A stretch of 64,000 nucleotides of DNA from a virus (taxonomy: Duplodnaviria > Caudoviricetes), in the IMG/VR virus record IMGVR_UViG_3300038443_002533, positions 192,001 to 256,000 of that record; one strand, given 5' to 3'. Positions 29,748 to 40,272 of this stretch are shown one piece after another (within the stretch, counting starts at the first letter, position 1; every line of letters begins with the position of its first letter). The position numbers and the translations under genes were made by a program. The notes below the pieces were generated by a model. It was not told where the DNA came from and ran no database searches. It saw only the letters and a list, made by a program, of their open reading frames with translations.

Positions 29748-31670
29748 ATGTACAATCCGAATCAACTGCAATTCCCGCCCGATCAGTTCCTGGTGGCGCC
29801 GATGCCGATCGACCCGCAACGTCCACCGATCATGTTCGACATCCGCTGCGCGCCGTGGCTGCAAAACTACGTGCCGTGGATCACCGGCATCATGATGGAC
29901 ATGATCACGCGCGAAGCTCAGGGTCCGGTGTCGATCCACTTCTACAACCGCATGTCCCAGGGCAACTGGAACAACCCGGAATTCGCCGGCGAGGTGGCGA
30001 ACTGCGCGGACTTCATCTACATCCAAGCGGGCGCTAACCAAGCCCCGCAGGAAATCCCGCGTTACATCCAGATGTATCTGGCGCTGCGCTCCAAGTTCGA
30101 AGTGCAGCTCACACCAGCACTGCGGGGTTTCATCGCCCAGCCGGATCAACCGCTGTTCGATCAAGCGATCAACCAGTTCCGACAGATCATCGACCAGATC
30201 CTGCAAATCCGTGGCGGCGGTGCCCCGGCGGCACAGCAGATGCGTCCAGCGCCGCAAGTCGGTGGTTATCCGGCACCGGTCGGTGCAGCGCCGTATGGGT
30301 CGATGGCGCCGGCCGTGGGTGGCTACCAAGCCCAACCGCAAGCAGGCGCCTACGTGCCGCCGGGTTCGCGGCAAAGTGGTGGCGGCCGCGATTACGGTTC
30401 GCCAGCACCGGCTTTCCAACCGCCGCCGCAAGCTCCGCAAGCGCAGCCGCAGCGTGCTCCAGTGGCGCAAGCGCCGGTGACGGCACCGACGGCGGCCGCA
30501 CCAGCACCCACCGGCCCGCGTCTGGAAGACCTGGTCGATCCGGATAAAGTCAAGTGGAATCCGGTCCCGACCATGTCGCCGATGCTGTACAACCCCGTCA
30601 AGGTCAAGATGATGTATACGCTGGACCCCGAAGGCCATACCAACACTCAACTCGTCATTACCAACATGGATCCCATCAATTACGATCGCCACAACATCGA
30701 CACGCTCTTCGGCCGGGTGCCTGCCAACATGCCCGTGCAGAAAGACAACGCGCCGATCGTGGTCGAACTCAAGGAAGCGGTGAACCAGGCGTTGGAAGAA
30801 AGCCAGGAAGTCGACGACGAGAAAGAGCGCGTGTATGAAACCCTGGGGCTGCGCAACGTCATCGCCACCTTCAGCCTGGAAGAAGCGATCCTCGACGCCC
30901 GCACCGAGATGGAAGCCAAGGTCGACCGCGACAACCGGCCGATGGTGTTCCAAGCGTACGCGCAGATCTATACCCCGATCATGGGGGACAAGACCGAGTA
31001 CGAGCTGATCCGCAAGCTGGGTGAATCGAACAGCTACCTGGAACTGCGTGAAAAGCTGGTGGCTGCCGGCGGTACGGCGTCGCCCGCGCTGCTGACCGAC
31101 ATCAGCCTGAAGCTGACCAACCTGATGAACGAGATCCTGCGCACGCGTCTGTCGATCCCTGCCGAGAACCTCGAAGTCGAAGATTTCGCCACCGATCTGG
31201 ACGCCCTCTTCGATGCACTGAAGAAAACGTTCGGCGAAAACGGCGACCGCATCTACCGTGCTTTCATCAAGGACCAGCAGAAACGCATCCAGGCGATGTT
31301 CAACGCGCCGAATCTGGACGAGGAATCGGGCCGGGATCTGCACGCGAGCCTGCTCGAAGGTCGCCTGACCGGCAGCTGGGATGATCGTAAAGATACCCCA
31401 GCGTTCACGTTCTTCGGCCCGAACGTGCGCATCACCTTCATCAACGTGCTGTCGCACGATCTGCTGATCCAGGGCATGCGTGGTCTCGGCAACGTGATCA
31501 CCAAGCAACACAGCGGGGTGTTGTACGATCTGGCGGTGTCGCTGTTCCAAATCGATACCGGTGATCTGGTGATCGATCGCCAGTACGTGGTCTCGCTTGA
31601 CGGTCGGGTGATGGAAATCACGCAAGGTTTGTTCGTCGAACCGTCCTACCTGCTGTCGTTGGTGAAATAA
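29748..31670 (+). CDS. conserved phiKZ-like hypothetical protein with Pro/Gln/Ala-rich linker
   Basis: 640 aa; AAAGGA SD; highly biased codons. Confidence 0.75.
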   Translation: MYNPNQLQFPPDQFLVAPMPIDPQRPPIMFDIRCAPWLQNYVPWITGIMMDMITREAQGPVSIHFYNRMSQGNWNNPEFAGEVANCADFIYIQAGANQAPQEIPRYIQMYLALRSKFEVQLTPALRGFIAQPDQPLFDQAINQFRQIIDQILQIRGGGAPAAQQMRPAPQVGGYPAPVGAAPYGSMAPAVGGYQAQPQAGAYVPPGSRQSGGGRDYGSPAPAFQPPPQAPQAQPQRAPVAQAPVTAPTAAAPAPTGPRLEDLVDPDKVKWNPVPTMSPMLYNPVKVKMMYTLDPEGHTNTQLVITNMDPINYDRHNIDTLFGRVPANMPVQKDNAPIVVELKEAVNQALEESQEVDDEKERVYETLGLRNVIATFSLEEAILDARTEMEAKVDRDNRPMVFQAYAQIYTPIMGDKTEYELIRKLGESNSYLELREKLVAAGGTASPALLTDISLKLTNLMNEILRTRLSIPAENLEVEDFATDLDALFDALKKTFGENGDRIYRAFIKDQQKRIQAMFNAPNLDEESGRDLHASLLEGRLTGSWDDRKDTPAFTFFGPNVRITFINVLSHDLLIQGMRGLGNVITKQHSGVLYDLAVSLFQIDTGDLVIDRQYVVSLDGRVMEITQGLFVEPSYLLSLVK

Positions 31671-31690
31671 GTTTAACGTGGTGAGCTTTG

Positions 31691-31724
31691 TCAGGGGTTC
31701 GGTTCGCCGACCCCTGATTTTTTT
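31691..31724 (+). terminator. intrinsic terminator
   Basis: TCAGGGGTTCGG-TTCG-CCGACCCCTGA plus T7. Confidence 0.8.
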
Positions 31725-31739
31725 ACCCTCTTTTTAGGA

Positions 31740-32066
31740 ATGACCATGGGCGTACAAATCAATATTCAGTTACATGCGGAGGACGGACAAGACCATCCGG
31801 AATTGCATGAACGCGTATCGAACGTGGTCATGGCTGGGGTGATTCGGGGGATGGAACAAGTCTATCGGAATACCGCAGCCTTCGATCCGGTCACTGGTGA
31901 GTTGTTGTATAACACCCCGTACCCGGATGAGGAAGCCGCGCATCTCCTGTCCCATGTCCAAGTCGCTTCACCTCAAGCGGTCTTGAATATCTTGGCGCAG
32001 ATCGATCAAGACGATGAAGTCGGTAGCATGGACGGGGCCATCATTCGCCCGGTGTGGGAGGATTGA
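31740..32066 (+). CDS. hypothetical protein
   Basis: 108-aa acidic ORF. Confidence 0.55.
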   Translation: MTMGVQINIQLHAEDGQDHPELHERVSNVVMAGVIRGMEQVYRNTAAFDPVTGELLYNTPYPDEEAAHLLSHVQVASPQAVLNILAQIDQDDEVGSMDGAIIRPVWED

Positions 32067-32338
32067 TGGCTGAGATTCCCAAATTCCAAGTGCGGGTCAC
32101 CATCTCGTGCGATGATCCCCAGGAAGCTACCGAGAAAGAATCCCAACTGGTAAAAGCCATCGCATCGGCGTTTTTGCGCATGGGTGTGACCAGTGTCACG
32201 GCAATCGCGGACAATGAACACGTGAATTACGTGGACAATGAAGTGCATAACGTGACCACAGGGGATTTGTTCCGTACCGATCCGCTGGCGCCATTGGACG
32301 TGTATCTGGTCGGTCAAGGTCCCGCCTCGATCAATTGA
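32066..32338 (+). CDS. hypothetical protein
   Basis: TGATG overlap; GGAGG SD. Confidence 0.6.
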   Translation: MAEIPKFQVRVTISCDDPQEATEKESQLVKAIASAFLRMGVTSVTAIADNEHVNYVDNEVHNVTTGDLFRTDPLAPLDVYLVGQGPASIN

Positions 32339-32357
32339 TCTCCTCGTTGTACTGACG

Positions 32358-32397
32358 GCATACCCCCTCCTACCCGCAAGGGTAGGAGGGGACTATG
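32358..32397. terminator. bidirectional CATA-hairpin-TATG terminator
   Basis: Between convergent genes; GCAA loop; T-run. Confidence 0.75.
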
Positions 32398-32421
32398 TCC
32401 GTCTCTTTCTTTTTTGGTTAC

Positions 32422-35400
32422 TTACGTCGCACGGTCTGCATCTTTGTTCTCGTCTTCTTCCGACTTGGCCTCATTCTGGCTGTTGTCGGCTGGAGTCGAT
32501 TCCTCTTCTGCATTGCCGCCGTCGTCCGGCACTGGCGTAGCTGCCGGTTCTTCTTCCTCCGGTTCCTGAGTCGGTTCCGAAGCCGAGGCGCTGTCTACGC
32601 TGGCGTCAGCGTTGGCATCCACATCGGTGGGTGTTTCAGCGTTGTCCAGCGATGCGTCACCGCTACCGCCATCCAACTCCGCATCACCGCCGCCCTCACC
32701 ACCACCCGTGTCGAAGTTGAAGCTGGTATCACCCATCCCAAAATCGTCACCGCCGCCACTACCCGTATCGCCGAAGCCACCGCTGTCACCGAAACCACCA
32801 CTGCTGCCAAAGCCACCGCCCGAGTCACTGCCGAAGCTCGACGTCGAGCCGGTTTCGATACCAGCTTTCTTCAGTGCTTCTGCGGTTTTCTCTTTGGCCT
32901 TCTTATTGGCCACGAGCAGGGTTTCGACGATGTCCATGATCGACGCGTTGTGCGCGGCTTGGATTTCAGCGATATCCACATCGGTTTCGCCTTCTTCGTT
33001 CTTGGCAGTCAATGCAGCCAGCTCAGGGAGCAGACCATTCTTGATTTGCCAATCCCGCAGCAGGTATGCTTTCATCTGTGCTGCCACGATGCCGATATGG
33101 CTGGCCACCTCATCACCCACCACGGCCGGGTCCATCATGTCCGGCGAGATCCAGGCTTTGATCGCTTCTTCCACCAGCTGGCTTTGCTTGGTGTACAAGT
33201 CACCCAGGTTTTCCAGTTTGGTGGTATCCGGTTCTGGCAGCGTCATTTGGAAACCACCGACGAAGTCTTCGATCAGTTCCCGAATGAAACGCGCCTTGGC
33301 CAGCGGATTGTCTTCCAGTTCTTTCTTGGTCACCCGTTCGCCGTTGGCCATTTCCAGGTGGTCATCGTCTTGAATGTCTTTGATGATGTCCTTGTAGTTG
33401 CTGGTCAAGATATCGATCAGTTCATCCACCAGATCACCACTGTTGATGATGTGCTTACGGATATGGGCCGAGACTTGCGGGGTGAACTTCTGTTGAAGCA
33501 TCATGGCCCGCTTCGACAACAACGTCGAGTTGTTGACCACCGAACGTGCAAAGTCCGCACCGGTCGCCGCATCCACCATTTCCGGGGTCAGCCAGAATGA
33601 CATCAGCCGGCGCTTGCGCAAGTCTTCCATGACCTTGCCATCAGGCGGTTGGTAGTTCGAATTCTTTTCCGAAAAGTCCACCGACATATCGGGCAGACGG
33701 GGACTGCCGGAGAAACTGAATTCAAACGCGCTGCGCTGCAACCCTTCCTTGATGTCGAGCGGATCGATCGTGCCGAGCGGGAAACCATTGCTGTTGACCC
33801 GCATCATTTCGCCGATGCCTTGTTCGATGGCTTTCCACGGATCGGGCGTATGTTCATCCAGCTTGATGTCGACGTGGGTGCGACCGATGGCATTGCGCAG
33901 CGTGCCCATGATGGTGCCAACCATCAAGTTCGCTTGCATCGAGTCGATGATCTTGGTGTTTTCCAAGAGACTCCGACCGGTGCCATTCGGGTTGTACTCG
34001 AACGCCATGTAGGTCATGTACTCGACCGGGATGAACAGCAACTGCGTGTACTGGTTGGCCATCGAGCGCGCCAGCATCAGGTTGTAGACTTCTTCGTGGC
34101 CGGCAATTTCGACATTGCCCACCACAAAACCATTCTTCATCCGCTGCTTGAGTTCCCGATCCAGCATGCTGCCATACATCTGGGCCGCAGTCGCATACGC
34201 ATTGCCTTGACCGTAGAGCGTCGAGTTATCGCCCATCGCCAGACCAGCACGCTGAATCATCGACGAGGAGAAGCTATTGGTTTGCAGACTCGCCCCGAGC
34301 TGCCGGTAATGGTTGGTACCCATGCCGCGGTTGATCGGATTGCCTTCGCCATCGAGGATCAGCCAGAAACCGATTTGCTTACTCGGTTGATTCGGCACGT
34401 GGACTGGGATCACCGCTTCCGAGGGGAAGTGGATTTCGAGCGGCATGCCAACCGAACGCCGCTTGAGCTTTTCTTGGCTCTTGACTTCCTTCACCACGGT
34501 GTGCTGGGTGTTGGGGCGGTGGAAGGTTCGGTTCATCACCGCATCATTCGACATCCGACTCGGGTCGATAGTCGGTGCCATCCGCCGGGTGATCGATTCG
34601 GCCGACAGGGCCGAGGTCCGTCCCACGATTTCATGGATCTTTTGTTGCCGGATCTTTTCACTGACCAGCGGCATTTTCAAAAGACCAATATTGTCTGTCA
34701 CCGTCACAAACGTGTCCAGTTCCATCGCCGGGTCTTTGTCAGTGGCGGGCAACTCGAAGCGGATCTGGTTGTCCCAGGTCTTGTTGGGTTTGTGGGTCAG
34801 CAGATGTTCCAGTGCCAGCCCGATACCGCTCTTGTAACCGGCTTCCCGATCCAGTTGCGCTTTCTGACGGTCGGACGGACCCAGCACGCCGAGCGATTGG
34901 ATCTGACCATCCGGACGCAGCACGCTTTGCAGACTCTCCAGCGAGACGCTGCCGTTGCCGTGGATCAAATCGTCGACCGCGTTCTCAGGCAGCACCGCCA
35001 CCGGATAGCTACCCCGCCGGAATAGGATATCTTCCAGCATCTCCGGCAGCCGCGGCTTTATTTTATAGACTTCGTCCAGGTACTTGCGCACGGCGTTAAC
35101 CATTGTGGCGTTCACTTCATGCGGCAGGTCCCAGTGGGACAGGTCCGCTTTGTAGTTCACTTCCACTCCGACCATGTCTTTCGGCGACAAAATCACCGAT
35201 ACCAGAATCGCGGCTGCCAGGTCCGTATCGGACAGCAGTTGCCGGATGGTTTCATGGTCGTTGACGTTTTGCATCCCTTCGTGAGCGATACCGCGCAACG
35301 CGGCCAAATTCACGCCGGTCCCTTGGGCAGCCATGGCATCAGTGGTCCGCTGGACCCGCTGATCGACCACCAGCTTACTCATCAACGCAGCCGCTTTGGG

Positions 35401-35490
35401 GTTTTGTTTGACCAGTCGAATGGCTGGTACCCGAACGCCTGAATTTTGCATTTCAAGAGGATTCAATTGGTCCCCAGTTTGCATCGGCAT
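32422..35490 (-). CDS. portal protein (phiKZ gp129 type)
   Basis: ~1000 aa; SLE/ALE/SAE sites; LVSVILSPKDM, FPSEAVIPVH.P, MAFEYN.NGTG.SLL; acidic Gly/Ser-rich tail; divergent from virion genes as in phiKZ. Confidence 0.8.
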   Translation of the reverse strand: MPMQTGDQLNPLEMQNSGVRVPAIRLVKQNPKAAALMSKLVVDQRVQRTTDAMAAQGTGVNLAALRGIAHEGMQNVNDHETIRQLLSDTDLAAAILVSVILSPKDMVGVEVNYKADLSHWDLPHEVNATMVNAVRKYLDEVYKIKPRLPEMLEDILFRRGSYPVAVLPENAVDDLIHGNGSVSLESLQSVLRPDGQIQSLGVLGPSDRQKAQLDREAGYKSGIGLALEHLLTHKPNKTWDNQIRFELPATDKDPAMELDTFVTVTDNIGLLKMPLVSEKIRQQKIHEIVGRTSALSAESITRRMAPTIDPSRMSNDAVMNRTFHRPNTQHTVVKEVKSQEKLKRRSVGMPLEIHFPSEAVIPVHVPNQPSKQIGFWLILDGEGNPINRGMGTNHYRQLGASLQTNSFSSSMIQRAGLAMGDNSTLYGQGNAYATAAQMYGSMLDRELKQRMKNGFVVGNVEIAGHEEVYNLMLARSMANQYTQLLFIPVEYMTYMAFEYNPNGTGRSLLENTKIIDSMQANLMVGTIMGTLRNAIGRTHVDIKLDEHTPDPWKAIEQGIGEMMRVNSNGFPLGTIDPLDIKEGLQRSAFEFSFSGSPRLPDMSVDFSEKNSNYQPPDGKVMEDLRKRRLMSFWLTPEMVDAATGADFARSVVNNSTLLSKRAMMLQQKFTPQVSAHIRKHIINSGDLVDELIDILTSNYKDIIKDIQDDDHLEMANGERVTKKELEDNPLAKARFIRELIEDFVGGFQMTLPEPDTTKLENLGDLYTKQSQLVEEAIKAWISPDMMDPAVVGDEVASHIGIVAAQMKAYLLRDWQIKNGLLPELAALTAKNEEGETDVDIAEIQAAHNASIMDIVETLLVANKKAKEKTAEALKKAGIETGSTSSFGSDSGGGFGSSGGFGDSGGFGDTGSGGGDDFGMGDTSFNFDTGGGEGGGDAELDGGSGDASLDNAETPTDVDANADASVDSASASEPTQEPEEEEPAATPVPDDGGNAEEESTPADNSQNEAKSEEDENKDADRAT

Positions 35491-35526
35491 AACTAACCTC
35501 TTCTCAGTTTCTCATTAGGGATAGTC

Positions 35527-37866
35527 GTGAGTTCAAATAACTATCAGATTTATATCAATCAAACCCTGCAATTGGCGGAGACGATCGTCATCAAATCGTC
35601 TTACACCGCGCAAGCGCTCAATGCATGGGTGGAAGCGACTGGTCACACGACCGATCCCGATCCCACCACGTGGAAGTATTATCTCAATCTTGCAGGGGAA
35701 TACCATAGCATCGACCAAGTGATGACGGTCGTCTCGCTGGATACCTTACAAGAGATCGTCTTTAACAAGGCGAACTTGGCGATCCATTCGGCCACGGCAC
35801 GGGCGTACCAATACGGTAGCGATCAATACTCGCGCTTGATCCAACGCTATCCGAACCAAGAACAACTCATCCTGGGGATCTTGTATCCGACGGATATTAA
35901 CCTCGCGGTCAGTGCCAAGGATGGGCAGATTCTGTCTTATCCGCCAGGCCTGGTCGAGAGCAATGAATACAGTTTGGTGCCGCGCTTACAGCGCTGGATT
36001 TACCATTTTAAACAGCGTTGGCATGTGCCGGGGTTCGACTATGTGGACGAACTCTACCACGCCACGATGTTGGGGTACATGTATGCCTTGTTGGTGCAAG
36101 CGATCCTCACCTACCGGGTGATGGCGTGTAACACCAATGAAGCGCACAGCTACCATGTGCGGGAATATCTGGCCAGTCACGGTTATCTCGATACGTACGC
36201 GAACAGCTTAACGCTGGAGCAATCGCTCTATTTCTACCGGAATATCGCTTACATCGAACACCATGCGGGGCGCAACGACACCTTCGACTCGTTAACCGAG
36301 CATATCATGACAAAACGGACTTTGCCGCTGGCAGAGTACACGATGAAGCATGACGTGACCGACCAAACGACGACCTTGTATCCGGAAGTGATCTTCCGTA
36401 AACGTCAACTGAATCTCGGGATCGTATTGCCTAAGAACAATAAGATCAGCGTGAGTCAGATGCTGGAGAAAGAAGCGCCGCTGGCCAAAGGCAATACCTT
36501 GGATGTCAGTGACGTCACCGGCCAGATCACTGACGTGATGCAAAACTCGCCCTCCAACGTGGTAGCGACCAAGGTGCTCGAATCCTCGGTGGTGGATGAA
36601 ACCAACAGCTCGCCCTGGATCCTCAGCGAGATTCTGTTTAACCACTGGTTGTACCTGAGCTGCGCGGGTTTGTATACCGCTTACGTGACGGTGACCAATC
36701 CCAAGACCAATGAAAAGATTCCCCTGACGGCCAAGGAAGCATTTACCTTGGCGTGGTATGTCTTTTCGAAAACCCTGAACGAGACCTTGGTCACGGTGCC
36801 TCGGGCGTACGCCAGCCGGGTGCAGATCATGCCGACTCCGAGCGTGGATGATATCTACGCGATCGTCGACCACAAACTGATTGAGCGTGATGTGGCGGTG
36901 ACGGCGTTGTCCCAGCAGCCGGTGATCAAGCCTTTGATTTCGATCGACGCGTTTTATGATCTCGGTTTTGCGATCAATGAAGCGGTGCAATTCCAACGCC
37001 GTTTGATTGCTCGACAACAACACTATGAACGACGTGCGCAAGTGCTCGGGATGGTGAGCCGGATCTACGAAGACACCTGGGTCGATCTGGAGCCTGCCGG
37101 TACCACGTACAGCAGCTGGCTATCGAGTCGGAATATCGATTTGTCCACGCTGTCGCGGGCGGACTTCCAAGTGATGTTTGACGACATCGTCGCGCAAGCC
37201 ACCGGGGCGAGTTTGCATCCGGAGACGTCACTCAAGAGTCTGCAAAGTGCGATGGTGAATATGTTCACTCAGTTGTCATCGTACGGTATTCAAATCATTG
37301 CGGAAATCAATGACGCGAACATCCGGAAAACCGACTGGCCGGCCGTGCGGGTGGGGGATGTCATCAGTCAACTGGAGTCCCATCCCCAGAACCCCGATGC
37401 GGCAATCGAGATTCAAGAGGTACGTGGCTCGACCTCGGTAGTGGTGGACATCCCCCTGAACCATCCTGCCATTGGTCCGGATGTGGTGCAACATCCTCAC
37501 CATCGGGTGGAGATCGATGTCGGTATGGACGGGGATTTGCTGGCACACCCGACTACGTATTACTTTGAGCGACCGATTGCCAACATCGGCATCACCAGTC
37601 CGGATCCGGCGAATATACCGATCCCGCGTGGTTGGATTCCGTTTGTGGGGATTGAGTACTTCTTGGGCTTGACGGCCGATCAGATCGGACAAATTACCGA
37701 TCCGTACAATCCGACCAATCCGTATACCCCACCGACGAAGATCCCGCTGTCGCAAGTGGTGGTGATTCAAGAATTGCCGGGCTTGTGGTTGACCGATGCC
37801 GATCGCACCGAACCCCTCTCGCGCAGTGTTGAAAATATTTTGCTGGGTAAAACGTACCCGCAGTAA
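35527..37866 (+). CDS. phiKZ-like virion structural (baseplate-region) protein
   Basis: WKYYLNLAGEYH...VVSLDT motif; YLASHG; synteny with the portal. Confidence 0.75.
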   Translation: MSSNNYQIYINQTLQLAETIVIKSSYTAQALNAWVEATGHTTDPDPTTWKYYLNLAGEYHSIDQVMTVVSLDTLQEIVFNKANLAIHSATARAYQYGSDQYSRLIQRYPNQEQLILGILYPTDINLAVSAKDGQILSYPPGLVESNEYSLVPRLQRWIYHFKQRWHVPGFDYVDELYHATMLGYMYALLVQAILTYRVMACNTNEAHSYHVREYLASHGYLDTYANSLTLEQSLYFYRNIAYIEHHAGRNDTFDSLTEHIMTKRTLPLAEYTMKHDVTDQTTTLYPEVIFRKRQLNLGIVLPKNNKISVSQMLEKEAPLAKGNTLDVSDVTGQITDVMQNSPSNVVATKVLESSVVDETNSSPWILSEILFNHWLYLSCAGLYTAYVTVTNPKTNEKIPLTAKEAFTLAWYVFSKTLNETLVTVPRAYASRVQIMPTPSVDDIYAIVDHKLIERDVAVTALSQQPVIKPLISIDAFYDLGFAINEAVQFQRRLIARQQHYERRAQVLGMVSRIYEDTWVDLEPAGTTYSSWLSSRNIDLSTLSRADFQVMFDDIVAQATGASLHPETSLKSLQSAMVNMFTQLSSYGIQIIAEINDANIRKTDWPAVRVGDVISQLESHPQNPDAAIEIQEVRGSTSVVVDIPLNHPAIGPDVVQHPHHRVEIDVGMDGDLLAHPTTYYFERPIANIGITSPDPANIPIPRGWIPFVGIEYFLGLTADQIGQITDPYNPTNPYTPPTKIPLSQVVVIQELPGLWLTDADRTEPLSRSVENILLGKTYPQ

Positions 37867-37891
37867 CCTGATCTGAAACTAGGAGAATGAA

Positions 37892-38734
37892 ATGGCAGAG
37901 AAAAGCACGCGCACCGTCTACGGTCTGTATCGACAAGTGTGTGCAAATCTGGGGATCCCGTTCACGCTGGCCCCGAACACCACGCTCAACGAGTTGCTGT
38001 CGGTGCAAGCCGATCGGGTGCCGGATGCCGGGGTGTATCCGACCGTGGGCTACCTGAGCCTGGGTAACGGTGGTCTGGCTGCGAGTCTGCTGGCGGATGG
38101 CAATCTGGCGATGATCCCGAAAGTGTTCCAAGCCACCAACGCCGCGCCCTACAGCCCGATCCCGCTGGTGCTGCGCGCGGTCGGCAATGACCTGACGCCG
38201 GATCAACGGGCGAACTACGCGCTGCGTCGTCTGGAAAACCGCAACGGTACGCCGTATATCGCCTACTACCTGAAGCGCCTGGACAAGACCAACCTGAACG
38301 CCGGTATGTTTTTAACCACCGTCGTAGATGGTGTGAAATCCACCGTGCCGTATGTGCCGGATTCGTCGGTATTGCACCCAACCCCGCCGAACGTTTCGGC
38401 CGCTGGTGTGGTCACGGCCGACGGCAGTTACGTCAGCGCGTCGGCGCCGCTCAACGTGGTGCTCGATGCGAATGACACCACGGAACTGCTGAGCGTGTTC
38501 AGCATCATTTACCAAGACACCAACGCTGCGGTGATCTCGGAACTGGCGTTGTGCTCGGGCGTGGACCTGATGGTCAGCGTCACCGACCCGGGTCAACCCT
38601 CGTTCAACATGAAAGAAGCGATCGCCGTCCAAGTCAGCGACCTGGTCAACATCGGCGCACCGCTGCAATTCAATGCCGACGGGGTGCAGTTCTCGCTGGA
38701 CATGGGCGCGAGCGAGCCCCTTTACATCAGCTAA
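37892..38734 (+). CDS. phiKZ-like virion structural protein
   Basis: NTTLNE, PLVLR...NDLT...R..YALR, YYLKRLD, SELALCSGVD, GASEPL motifs. Confidence 0.75.
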   Translation: MAEKSTRTVYGLYRQVCANLGIPFTLAPNTTLNELLSVQADRVPDAGVYPTVGYLSLGNGGLAASLLADGNLAMIPKVFQATNAAPYSPIPLVLRAVGNDLTPDQRANYALRRLENRNGTPYIAYYLKRLDKTNLNAGMFLTTVVDGVKSTVPYVPDSSVLHPTPPNVSAAGVVTADGSYVSASAPLNVVLDANDTTELLSVFSIIYQDTNAAVISELALCSGVDLMVSVTDPGQPSFNMKEAIAVQVSDLVNIGAPLQFNADGVQFSLDMGASEPLYIS

Positions 38735-38765
38735 CCCACGCTGTCGATTCTTTAAGGTATTCATC

Positions 38766-39350
38766 ATGATCCATGTCCCCGCGAACAGTGGGGATACATT
38801 CGCCATCTGCGGCACCGATCCCGGGACTCACACCCTCGGGCTCGGGGTGCTGCATGTGGACATGTACTCCTTGCAAATTCGTTCGTACGAAGCGTACACG
38901 CTGGTGGCCACCAAACTCATGGATGACGAGGATTTACTGGTGGCCAACCACGGACACACGTACGCCCGCACCGATGCGCACAAAGACGCCTTGGTGAAAT
39001 ACTTCCGCCGGATCCGTCCCAGCGTGATCGCCTCGGAAGACGCGTTCTTCAACCGTCGTACTCCGGGTGCGTATGCACCGCTTTTGAAATCGATCAACAG
39101 CATCCGCGCCGCGGTGTTGGAATACGATCCTTTTATGCCGTTCACCCTGATTGAACCGTCGGTCATCAAGACGGGAGTGGGGGCAGTGAACTGGTCGAAG
39201 AAGAACGGGACCAACAAGTCCTCGGTATTAGAAGCACTGAAAAACAATCGCGAATTCATGGTGCCTGGGAATGCACCGCTAGATGCCTTGACCGAACACG
39301 CGGTCGATGGCTTAGCGATTGCCTATACCCGATTAAAACAAATACGTTAA
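38766..39350 (+). CDS. ruvC: RuvC-like Holliday junction resolvase
   Basis: GTDPGT (first Asp), ASEDAF (Glu), EHAVDGLAIAY (C-terminal acidic residues). Confidence 0.85.
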   Translation: MIHVPANSGDTFAICGTDPGTHTLGLGVLHVDMYSLQIRSYEAYTLVATKLMDDEDLLVANHGHTYARTDAHKDALVKYFRRIRPSVIASEDAFFNRRTPGAYAPLLKSINSIRAAVLEYDPFMPFTLIEPSVIKTGVGAVNWSKKNGTNKSSVLEALKNNREFMVPGNAPLDALTEHAVDGLAIAYTRLKQIR

Positions 39351-39360
39351 GGAAACGATC

Positions 39361-39822
39361 ATGGAACTCTTTGCCAGCTGGGGTTTGAAGCACTGGGTAG
39401 GGTTGTTGGCGATGATTGCTGTCTTCTGTTTTGCCGGACGGTATGAATATCTGCGCCACCAAGTCACCAAGGACCAAACCACCATCGCCAACCAGAAAGT
39501 CACCATCGCAGCTCAAGACATCGCCATCACCAACGTGAAGGCAGCCGCCAAGCTCGATGAGCAAGTGCAGGTAGCGACGCAACAGGAAGTCAAGAAGGTC
39601 ACGCAACGACATGAGACCATCCAGCGTAAGGTGGAAGCGCGGGTGCGGCAGATCGAACAGCATTACGTGGAGAGTCCCGCCAGTCCCGATAACGTGATTG
39701 CTGAATCCCAGCAACTCTCGAATGCTCGCATCGACGGGTTATGGGAAGCGTACTGCGCCACCAAACCCGATGACACGTCCTGCCAACCGACTTACACCAA
39801 TCCTGGAGAACCCCATGCGTAA
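39361..39822 (+). CDS. putative inner-membrane spanin (Rz-like)
   Basis: Single N-terminal TM followed by a coiled coil; overlaps a lipoprotein gene. Confidence 0.6.
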   Translation: MELFASWGLKHWVGLLAMIAVFCFAGRYEYLRHQVTKDQTTIANQKVTIAAQDIAITNVKAAAKLDEQVQVATQQEVKKVTQRHETIQRKVEARVRQIEQHYVESPASPDNVIAESQQLSNARIDGLWEAYCATKPDDTSCQPTYTNPGEPHA

Positions 39823-40267
39823 ACTACAAGCCCTGGTCAGCTACATCTTCCACCTGTTCAATGCGTTCGGCTTCGTGCTCGTGGCCGGCACCGCGACCGC
39901 CATGACCCTGTCGGGCTGCGTCACCACCCCCAAGCCCGTGGTGGTTACCCAAAACATCGTCGTTGCTCCCGCCGACAATCTGCTGGTGGATTGCGATGTA
40001 GCGGCCCCGCCACCCAAAGCCAGCTATCTGGCCACGACGGCGACGATCCCGGGCATCAACCCGAATACCAGCCTCCAGAAAGACGATGCCTTCTATCTGG
40101 TCCAATACGCCAAGACCATCAAAGCGCTGGAAGAGCGGGAACGCCAACTCACCGAACACGCTTTGAAGCAATTCCAAAACCTCGATGCCTGCAACAAACG
40201 CTGGCAACAACTCCGAGCGTGGAAGGTCAACAGCGAAAAGCAATTTAACGCCCCGCAAAAGGAGTAA
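39815..40267 (+). CDS. putative outer-membrane spanin lipoprotein (Rz1-like)
   Basis: Start ATG 39815; hydrophobic leader with lipobox LSG-C; LLVDC...PPP. Confidence 0.65.
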   Translation: MRKLQALVSYIFHLFNAFGFVLVAGTATAMTLSGCVTTPKPVVVTQNIVVAPADNLLVDCDVAAPPPKASYLATTATIPGINPNTSLQKDDAFYLVQYAKTIKALEERERQLTEHALKQFQNLDACNKRWQQLRAWKVNSEKQFNAPQKE

Positions 40268-40272
40268 GCATA

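Noticed and set aside
16038-31625. Very long antisense ORFs (16038..17750, 17790..19121, 24119..26428, 27726..29573, 29724..31625)
   Set aside because: They are exact shadows of highly codon-biased sense genes, with no RBS or recognisable domains.
32422-32850. Gly/Ser/Asp-rich acidic tail of the portal protein
   Set aside because: It is a low-complexity disordered tail of a kind I recall in phiKZ-like portals, and is not evidence of a new system.
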